A DNA stretch of 64,000 nt. It comes from an uncultured delta proteobacterium (GTDB lineage: Bacteria > Desulfobacterota > Syntrophia > Syntrophales > Smithellaceae). The position numbers and the translations under genes are program-made. The DNA lies in the NCBI GenBank assembly GCA_903907985.1, contig CAIVQG010000022.1:1538-65537 (forward strand), written 5' to 3'. Below, piece by piece: positions 57,257 to 64,000 of the stretch; position 1 is the first letter of the stretch, and every line of letters starts with the position of its first letter. Under the pieces are notes generated by a model. The model had not been told where the DNA came from, did no database searches, and saw only the letters and a list, made by a program, of their open reading frames with translations.

Positions 57257-57269
57257 CAGGAGGGGAATT

Positions 57270-58280
57270 ATGATTATTGTAATGAAGAATCAAGCAACAG
57301 AGAAACAAATTGAAAATGTGATCCACTGGATTGAATCCGTCGGTTACAAAGCTCATCCGTCAAGCGGTGTGGAACGAACTATAATCGGAGCAATAGGCGA
57401 TAGCCGCGATAAATCAGTCCTCAAATATGCCGAATCTCTGCCGGGGGTTGATAAAATCATACCAATTTTAAAACCTTATAAATTGGCCAGCCGGGAATCA
57501 CATGAAGGCAATACAATCGTTTCCGTAGGCCAGATTCCCATTGGCGGTCCCCAATTCATAGTAATGGCCGGACCTTGTGCCATTGAAAGTGAAGAGCAAT
57601 TATTAGAAAGCGCTTATATTGTGAAAAAAGGTGGAGGCCAGATTTTGCGGGGAGGGGCTTACAAGCCGCGTACATCGCCTTACAGTTTCCAGGGGATGGA
57701 AGAGGAAGGCTTGAAACTGTTGGAGCAGGTACGCCTGCGGACAGGTATGCCTGTTGTTACCGAAGTAATTAATCCGGCTGATGTTGACCTTGTCGAATCA
57801 TATGCCGATATGCTGCAAATTGGCGCCCGCAATGTGCAAAATTTTGCTCTGCTCAAGAAGGTCGGCCAGTCGAGAAAGCCGGTGCTTCTAAAAAGAGGAA
57901 TGATGACAACAATTGAAGAATTGCTGATGTCGGCGGAATATATCCTGTCATCGGGCAATCCTAATGTAATCCTTTGTGAACGCGGCATCCGGACATTCGA
58001 AACGGCGACTCGCAACACACTGGATTTAAGTGCTGTGCCCGTATTGAAAAGCTTGACGCATTTGCCCGTTGTGGTTGATCCCAGCCATGCCGCCGGACAT
58101 TGGAAACTGGTCATTCCTTTGAGCCGTGCTGCAGTTGCTGTAGGCGCAGACGGTCTGATTGTCGAAGTGCATCCGCGGCCGGAGACGGCAGTCTCCGATG
58201 GAATGCAATCTTTAAAACCGGAAAAATTCTATCAGTTAATGGATGAATTAAGAAATATTGCTGCGGCAATGAGACACTAA
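57270..58280 (+). CDS. aroF: 3-deoxy-7-phosphoheptulonate (DAHP) synthase, type I-beta with N-terminal ferredoxin/ACT-like regulatory domain
   Basis: An N-terminal ~65-aa extra domain ([23 protein letters not shown]..), then [27 protein letters not shown] and VDPSHA. Confidence 0.9.
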   Translation: MIIVMKNQATEKQIENVIHWIESVGYKAHPSSGVERTIIGAIGDSRDKSVLKYAESLPGVDKIIPILKPYKLASRESHEGNTIVSVGQIPIGGPQFIVMAGPCAIESEEQLLESAYIVKKGGGQILRGGAYKPRTSPYSFQGMEEEGLKLLEQVRLRTGMPVVTEVINPADVDLVESYADMLQIGARNVQNFALLKKVGQSRKPVLLKRGMMTTIEELLMSAEYILSSGNPNVILCERGIRTFETATRNTLDLSAVPVLKSLTHLPVVVDPSHAAGHWKLVIPLSRAAVAVGADGLIVEVHPRPETAVSDGMQSLKPEKFYQLMDELRNIAAAMRH

Positions 58281-58341
58281 GCCGTTGTTCAATAGTAATT
58301 GAGACATTGTAATAATCATAACCGGCATAATGGGCCGTAAC

Positions 58342-58394
58342 GAAATGGTTAGCAATGTAAAGGTTATTTGTTTCGTAACGGCCCCTAATGGAGC
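58342..58394 (+). other. intercistronic stem-loop (14-bp stem with one mismatch, ~25-nt loop)
   Basis: GGGCCGTAACGAAA ... TTTCGTAACGGCCC. No T tract follows. Confidence 0.4.
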
Positions 58395-58400
58395 AACTAT

Positions 58401-59495
58401 ATGCGGTCAATAAAAGTCAATCTCGATAAAAAGTTATCATCATCTTACGAAATCTGTATCGGCAACGCTATTCTTGACCGGATGGTACTGCTTATTGCCA
58501 AAAACCATAAAGCCGGACGTCATATCGTTATTACCGACAGCAATGTCAATAAATTGCATGGTCCCAAGCTTCTTGCCGCACTCAAAGATGTTGGTCTCAA
58601 TGTCGATTTAATTGAATTTCCGGCCGGGGAAGCATCAAAGAATATCAACACGGCTGTTGATATTGCCGGAAAACTGCTCGAGTTGGGGGCTGGCAGGAAT
58701 TCGCTGCTCATTGCCTTTGGCGGTGGTGTGGTAGGTGATCTGACAGGATTTGTCGCTTCCATGTTTATGCGTTCCGTTCCTTATATTCAAATTCCCACTA
58801 CGTTGCTGGCACAGGTGGACAGCAGCATTGGCGGAAAAACAGCGGTTGACCTCCCTTATGGAAAAAATCTGCTGGGAACTTTTTATCAGCCGCAGGCAGT
58901 ATTTGCTGATTTGAGTTATCTTACAACTCTACCGGAAAATGAGTTTAATAACGGGTTGGCGGAAATTATCAAATATGGCATCATTGACGATGCAAAAATG
59001 TTTCGCCTGCTGGAAGATAATATGGATCAGGTAAAAATAAAAGACCCGGTGCTATTGTTAAAGCTTGTAGAAATGTGTTGCCGCATCAAGAAATCAATTG
59101 TCGAAATTGATGAAAAAGAGCAAGGCTTAAGGCGGATTCTCAATTACGGTCACACGCTGGGACATGCCCTCGAAGCGCAATCCAACTTCACTCTCTCGCA
59201 TGGTGAAGGTGTTGCTTTAGGTATGATTGCCGCGGCGCGAATTTCGGAAAATTCCGGCTATCTGGAATCATCCTCGCGGGAACGCATTGAAAAAATAATA
59301 CAGAAAGCGGGACTACCCTGCCGGATAAATAATAATATGGCAACAGAAGGAATAATTTCCCGGTTAAAAATGGATAAGAAAAAAGAAGGTGACATCATCC
59401 ATTTCGTTTTGCTCAAAAAAATAGGCATGCCGTTTGTTAACGGAGGTATCGATGGGAAAATTATCACACCCGTAATTGAAGGAATGAGAGAATGA
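58401..59495 (+). CDS. aroB: 3-dehydroquinate synthase
   Basis: GGGVVGDLTGFVAS, DSSIGGKTAV and NYGHTLGHALE. Confidence 0.95.
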   Translation: MRSIKVNLDKKLSSSYEICIGNAILDRMVLLIAKNHKAGRHIVITDSNVNKLHGPKLLAALKDVGLNVDLIEFPAGEASKNINTAVDIAGKLLELGAGRNSLLIAFGGGVVGDLTGFVASMFMRSVPYIQIPTTLLAQVDSSIGGKTAVDLPYGKNLLGTFYQPQAVFADLSYLTTLPENEFNNGLAEIIKYGIIDDAKMFRLLEDNMDQVKIKDPVLLLKLVEMCCRIKKSIVEIDEKEQGLRRILNYGHTLGHALEAQSNFTLSHGEGVALGMIAAARISENSGYLESSSRERIEKIIQKAGLPCRINNNMATEGIISRLKMDKKKEGDIIHFVLLKKIGMPFVNGGIDGKIITPVIEGMRE

Positions 59496-60571
59496 AATCA
59501 CGGCTGGAAAAATTAAGAGAAAACATGAGAGAGAAAGACAGGGAAATCATCCGTCTTTTAAATGAACGCTCGCAGATATCTGTCCGGATCGGTGAAGTTA
59601 AAGGCCGGGAAGGTTTGAATGTATATGATCCTTCCCAGGAAGCGAGAGTCTATGGCTACTTGCAGGAGCTCAATTGCGGGCCGCTGCCACCGCCGGCGAT
59701 CAATGCGATTTTCCGGGAGGTTATTTCGGCTTCCCGTGATTTGCAGAAGCCGACAACGGTTGCTTTTCTGGGACCGGATGCTTCGTTTTCTCATCTGGCG
59801 GCGCAATTGCATTTTGGTCAGTCCAGCCGCTTTGTTGCCCAGCCGGGAATTGCCCGTGTTTTTGATGAAGTGGAAAGAGGCTCCATCGATTGGGGTGTGG
59901 TTCCTGTGGAAAACTCGCAGGAAGGTTCTGTTAATATCACACTGGACCGGCTGGTTCTAACACCCTTGAGGATTCGTGCGGAAATATATCTGCGGATCAG
60001 CCAATCCCTGATTTCTTCTTCCAAAGACATGCGGAGGATTAAAAAAATATATTCACACCCCCAGGCATTAGCTCAGTGCCGGTCCTGGCTCAAGGCCAAT
60101 CTTCCTAACTGTGCGCTCTGCGAGGCGGAAAGTACTGCGGCCGCTGCGCAAATGATTAAAGGGAAAAAGACTCAAGGGGCGATAGGTAGTTGTCTTGCCG
60201 CGCAAGCCCACGGACTTCATATTCTGGCGGAAGACATCGAAGATAATACTTCCAACACAACGCGGTTTTTGATTATCGGTAACGGAGCGAGTACGGCAAC
60301 GGAAAAAGACAAGACGTCTTTGATTTTCGCCACACACCATTCCCCGGGGTCGCTGCATCTCGCGCTATCACCATTTGCTGCCCGCCGGATTAATTTGATC
60401 AAGATTGAATCGCATCCGGTTAAAGATAGGTTGTGGGAGTATCTCTTTTTTGTCGATATTGTCGGCCATGTTGAGGAGAAGGAAGTAAAAAATTGTCTGG
60501 AGGAACTGCAAGAGAAAACGACATTTTTAAAAATTCTGGGCTCCTACCCGAGAGCGGAAGGACCGTTATGA
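59492..60571 (+). CDS. pheA: bifunctional chorismate mutase / prephenate dehydratase
   Basis: N-terminal CM helix LRENMREKDREIIRLLNERSQIS. PDT VAFLGPDASFSHLAA and VPVENSQEGSV. ACT TSLIF..PGSLH..INLIKIESHP. Confidence 0.9.
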   Translation: MKSRLEKLRENMREKDREIIRLLNERSQISVRIGEVKGREGLNVYDPSQEARVYGYLQELNCGPLPPPAINAIFREVISASRDLQKPTTVAFLGPDASFSHLAAQLHFGQSSRFVAQPGIARVFDEVERGSIDWGVVPVENSQEGSVNITLDRLVLTPLRIRAEIYLRISQSLISSSKDMRRIKKIYSHPQALAQCRSWLKANLPNCALCEAESTAAAAQMIKGKKTQGAIGSCLAAQAHGLHILAEDIEDNTSNTTRFLIIGNGASTATEKDKTSLIFATHHSPGSLHLALSPFAARRINLIKIESHPVKDRLWEYLFFVDIVGHVEEKEVKNCLEELQEKTTFLKILGSYPRAEGPL

Positions 60572-62142
60572 TCTGCATACCCATTATAGCGATATCTCAT
60601 AAAGAAGCATTGCGTGATATCGAACGCAGTTGCCTGCTGGCCGATGCCATCGAACTCAGGATGGATTTGATTGCGGATGGCGCACTTCCCGAATTAATTT
60701 CCGCCGTGCGCCGCAATTCCAATACAGTTAGAATAATTGTCACCTGGCGAAAAAAAGAAGAAGCGGCGCAGACTGTTGAATCTCCCGAAGCCGGGGACCA
60801 GATCAAAGATCAAAAAGACAAAAAAATGGCGATGCTCAAACAGGCCATTGAGCTTGGCGCCGATTACATTGATATTGAACTCTCCGAAGGTAACGACGCC
60901 ATTGAGGAGTTAAAGTCTCATGGTGCAAAGATGGGCAGCTCGACAAAAATTATAATTTCTTATCACAATTTTCAAAGAACCCCTTCCCTGAACAGGCTGA
61001 AGGGAATATTTAATCAATGCCGGGAGTTTAAGCCGGCTGTTGTGAAAATAGTTACTTTCGCCCGGAAGCCGGAAGATAATTTGCCGGTGCTCAGTTTGAT
61101 ACCCTATGCCCGCAAACATTTGCAGGAAATAATTGCCTTGTGTATGGGGGATAAAGGCCGGATCAGCCGCGTGATGGCGCCCTTGCTGGGTAATTTTCTT
61201 AATTTTGCGACTTTGGAGCAGGGCACACAATCGGCGCCTGGTCAGCTGACTGCTTCCGAGATGAGGCAAATTAATAAACTAGTGAATGGTGATAAGACCA
61301 GTCAAAAGCATCAGGTATTATCGAGACAAGAGAGTCAACCCAGGAACTATATTTTATTGGGTAATCCGGTAGGGCAAAGTCTTTCGCCACTGATGCATAA
61401 TACGGCGCTCTGCGATCTGGGTATTGAAGGGCGATATAATGCGTTTTGCGTATATGATCTGGCGGCGGCGATACAGGGCATCAGGGGAATGGATGTTCGT
61501 GGTGCGAGTGTGACCATACCATTTAAATCTGCTGTGATGGAATATCTGGATGATATTTCCGCCGATGCAAGGAATATCGGAGCGGTAAATACGATTATCA
61601 ACAGCAATGGTCGCCTGACGGGCGTCAATACCGACTGGCGGGGATTGCTTGCTGCCCTGCGGGAAGCTATGACGATTAAAGGGAAAAAGTTTGTGATTAT
61701 CGGCGCCGGCGGCACAGCCAGGTCAGCGGCTTATGGAATAATTCAGGAAGGCGGATTTCCGGTAATTGTTAATCGCACGGCGGAAAAGGGTAAACTTCTG
61801 GCAGTCAAGTTCAACTGCCCGTTTTATGCGTTGGATGATATCGAAAAAATAGAGGCTGATTGTCTGATTAACACAACACCGGTGGGCATGTATCCTCATG
61901 TTGATAAATCGCCGGTAGATTCCGCTTCGCTTGCCGGCTATAAATACGTGATGGATGTTATCTATAATCCACTGGAAACAAAACTGCTGAAAGATGCCAG
62001 GCAGCGGGGCTGTCATGTTTTGCCGGGGTTGGATATGTTTGTGCATCAGGGCGCCGAGCAAATAAAACTATGGACCGGTCTTGATCCTAATCGGGCATTG
62101 ATGAAAAAAACAGTCAAGGAAAGGTTGGCCGAAGGTGAATAA
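60568..62142 (+). CDS. aroDE: fused type I 3-dehydroquinate dehydratase / shikimate 5-dehydrogenase
   Basis: N-terminal half MICIPI..ELRMDL..YIDIEL..ISYHNF..VKIVTFA. C-terminal half GNPVGQSLSPLMHN..GASVTIPFK..NTDW..IIGAGGTARS. ATGA overlap with the pheA stop. Confidence 0.9.
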   Translation: MICIPIIAISHKEALRDIERSCLLADAIELRMDLIADGALPELISAVRRNSNTVRIIVTWRKKEEAAQTVESPEAGDQIKDQKDKKMAMLKQAIELGADYIDIELSEGNDAIEELKSHGAKMGSSTKIIISYHNFQRTPSLNRLKGIFNQCREFKPAVVKIVTFARKPEDNLPVLSLIPYARKHLQEIIALCMGDKGRISRVMAPLLGNFLNFATLEQGTQSAPGQLTASEMRQINKLVNGDKTSQKHQVLSRQESQPRNYILLGNPVGQSLSPLMHNTALCDLGIEGRYNAFCVYDLAAAIQGIRGMDVRGASVTIPFKSAVMEYLDDISADARNIGAVNTIINSNGRLTGVNTDWRGLLAALREAMTIKGKKFVIIGAGGTARSAAYGIIQEGGFPVIVNRTAEKGKLLAVKFNCPFYALDDIEKIEADCLINTTPVGMYPHVDKSPVDSASLAGYKYVMDVIYNPLETKLLKDARQRGCHVLPGLDMFVHQGAEQIKLWTGLDPNRALMKKTVKERLAEGE

Positions 62143-63388
62143 AGAAGCAAATATTAAATCAGTTTCGGCAGCGATCCACATTCCCGGTTCCAAAAGTTTG
62201 ACCCAACGAGCTCTTGTGGCGGCGGCATTGGCCGAGGACAATTCTTTTATCGGCAATGCCCTTGTTGCCGAAGATACTCTCTATCTGATGGACGGATTGC
62301 GGGCATTGGGCGCGCAGATTGTTGCCGCCGACGGTGGTTTTTTTGTTTCGGGTACGGCGGGAAAAATTATCAATAGCTCAAAAGAAATCTTTCTGGGAAA
62401 CAATGGTACGGCGCTGCGTATTTTGGCTGCGCTGGTAACACTGGGCAGCGGTAAATATGTTTTAACCGGGGAGAAAAGGCTTTGTGAACGACCAGTCGGC
62501 CCGTTGGTCGAGGCGTTGCAGAGCATGAATGTGGATATTTTCTGCCGCAATAATTGTCCACCGGTGACTGTAAATGCCGCTGGGCTTACTGGTGGCAAAA
62601 TAGCATTGAAAGACATCGAAAGTTCGCAATATGTCTCCGCGCTGTTGCTTTGTGCGCCCTATACGAAAAAAGGTATTGATCTTTCTTTGCAGGGGGAAAT
62701 TGTTTCTGCGCCCTATATCGATTTGACCATTTCCATAATGCGTGATTTTGGCGCCAAGGTCAGCGAAACAGGTCAACATGAATATTCTGTTGAAGCCGGG
62801 AAAATTTACAAAGGACGCGACTATTTTATCGAAGGGGATGCCTCCAGTGCTTCCTACTTTTTTGAAGCTGCAGCCATTTTAAAAAAGCCAGTTCGAGTTA
62901 ATGGCATTGGGATAAGAAGCAAACAGGGCGATCTGCGATTGCTCCCGATCCTGGAAGAACTGGGCTGCAAGGTTTATTGCGGAGATACCTGGATAGAAGT
63001 GGCCTGTGACAATTTGCAAGAAGGCGACTTTACATTCGATTTAAATGATATGCCGGACATGGTGCCGACAATGGCAGTGCTTGCTGCTTTCCGCAAGGGG
63101 AAAACAGTAATTACTAATGTTGCTCACTTGCGGTTTAAGGAAAGCAATCGTCTAGACGCCTTGGCTACCCAATTAAAGCGTATTGGCATTGAAGCCTGCG
63201 AAACTGCGGATGGTATTATCGTATCGGGTGGTCGTCCTCATCCGGCAGTCATTGAAACTTACAATGATCATCGCATTGCCATGAGCTTTGCCGTTGCCTC
63301 GCTGGCTGTTCCCGGGATCGAAATATACGATAAAAAAAGTGTGGATAAATCTTTCCCGGGGTTCTGGGAGGAGTTAAAAAAGATATGA
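62135..63388 (+). CDS. aroA: 3-phosphoshikimate 1-carboxyvinyltransferase (EPSP synthase)
   Basis: PGSKSLTQRAL, LGNNGTALR, RPVGPLVEAL, KESNRL and DHRIAMSFAV. GTG start. Confidence 0.95.
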   Translation: MNKEANIKSVSAAIHIPGSKSLTQRALVAAALAEDNSFIGNALVAEDTLYLMDGLRALGAQIVAADGGFFVSGTAGKIINSSKEIFLGNNGTALRILAALVTLGSGKYVLTGEKRLCERPVGPLVEALQSMNVDIFCRNNCPPVTVNAAGLTGGKIALKDIESSQYVSALLLCAPYTKKGIDLSLQGEIVSAPYIDLTISIMRDFGAKVSETGQHEYSVEAGKIYKGRDYFIEGDASSASYFFEAAAILKKPVRVNGIGIRSKQGDLRLLPILEELGCKVYCGDTWIEVACDNLQEGDFTFDLNDMPDMVPTMAVLAAFRKGKTVITNVAHLRFKESNRLDALATQLKRIGIEACETADGIIVSGGRPHPAVIETYNDHRIAMSFAVASLAVPGIEIYDKKSVDKSFPGFWEELKKI

Positions 63389-63954
63389 AAGTGATTCTGG
63401 TCGGCTATCGGGCCTGCGGAAAATCCACGGTGGGGAAGCTGCTGGCTGCTAAATTAAAAATTCCCTTTCGGGATTCAGATTTGCTGGTGGAGGAGAGCCT
63501 GGGTTTGTCCATAAAAGAAATTGTGGCCGGCTACGGGTGGGACTATTTTCGTACCCGGGAAAAAGAAGCAATTCAACAGACAGCGCTAAAAGGGGCATGC
63601 GTTCTGGCAACCGGTGGTGGTGCGGTTCTGTCCGAAGAAAACGTTGATTTGCTCAAAAAGATGGGTGTTGTCATCTGGCTTGCCGCTCCCCTTACGGATA
63701 TTATTGAACGGCTGGAAGCCGATGCTGAAGTCCAGGGAACACGCCCGCAATTTACAGCCGACAGCCTGGTTGAAGAAACCACGGCGGTGTTGCAGCAGCG
63801 CATTTCTTTGTATGAAAAAGCTGCCGATTATTCTCAGGATACAGCAGGCAAAAGCGCTCCACAAGTGGCGGAAAATATTTATCAGCATTTGCTGGAATCC
63901 GGCATTCTGGCAAAAATTAATAAATGTAAAAATAAATCTGGTATAAACTTATAG
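63385..63954 (+). CDS. aroK: shikimate kinase
   Basis: ILVGYRACGKSTVGKLLA, FRDSD and LATGGGAVL. Confidence 0.9.
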   Translation: MKVILVGYRACGKSTVGKLLAAKLKIPFRDSDLLVEESLGLSIKEIVAGYGWDYFRTREKEAIQQTALKGACVLATGGGAVLSEENVDLLKKMGVVIWLAAPLTDIIERLEADAEVQGTRPQFTADSLVEETTAVLQQRISLYEKAADYSQDTAGKSAPQVAENIYQHLLESGILAKINKCKNKSGINL

Positions 63955-63970
63955 CAAGGGGAGAGTAATT

Positions 63971-64000
63971 ATGGCCGGCAACACGACAGGCAGTATATTT
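63971..64000 (+). CDS. aroC: start of probable chorismate synthase (truncated by the window end)
   Basis: GGGGAGAG RBS, then MAGNTTGSIF, resembling the MAGNT.G..F chorismate synthase N-terminus. Operon context supports it. Confidence 0.5.
   Translation, partial: MAGNTTGSIF

Noticed and set aside
57047-57269. 63-aa minus ORF and the 24-codon N-terminal extension of the DAHP synthase ORF (start 57198)
   Set aside because: Both run through the two terminator hairpins. ATG 57270 has an AGGAGGGG RBS and gives the expected protein N-terminus.
1-64000. Scan for CRISPR arrays, tRNA, rRNA, tmRNA, reverse transcriptase/retron or DGR elements
   Set aside because: I noticed no regularly spaced direct repeats, no tRNA-like T-arm consensus, no rRNA-like segment and no RT motif. 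The absence is by eye only.

Overview
This is a 64-kb bacterial chromosomal window. I identified features only by reading the six-frame translations and the raw sequence, using motifs recalled from memory; no searches were run. I saw no rRNA, tRNA or CRISPR array. Gene content suggests an anaerobic Desulfobacterota/deltaproteobacterium-like organism: an ispDF fusion, carD-PIN/TRAM-ispDF-gltX synteny, PAS/GGDEF signalling genes and a multihaem cytochrome. That taxonomic call is weak inference. Housekeeping blocks are pcm-nlpD; carD-PIN/TRAM-ispDF-gltX; pgk-truA-rmlD; a P-type ATPase; and an aroF-aroB-pheA-aroDE-aroA-aroK-(aroC) operon that runs off the right edge. Two accessory blocks interrupt the backbone. 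The first (about 15.0-25.5 kb) is bracketed by a decayed duplicate of the 5' end of the gene at 25517. It carries a sigma-less partner-switching module, a RAYT-like HUH transposase with REP-like inverted repeats, an MtnA-like isomerase plus class II aldolase pair, and pseudogenes. The second (about 26.2-37.4 kb) looks more GC-rich by eye and encodes exported proteins: two caspase-like proteins, a 1399-aa G8/CEMIP-like beta-helix protein and an overlapping pentahaem cytochrome. It ends in a thioesterase gene flanked by duplicated gene-end repeats. The observations I rate highest are: (i) the G8 giant protein plus multihaem cytochrome plus caspase cluster; (ii) an apparently circularly permuted cofactor-independent phosphoglycerate mutase; (iii) a Phe/Tyr/Trp-rich leader peptide with CCATGG-based alternative hairpins ahead of the shikimate operon. 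Several genes are visibly decaying through in-frame stops and frameshifts. Start codons are often ambiguous, and end coordinates include the stop codon.
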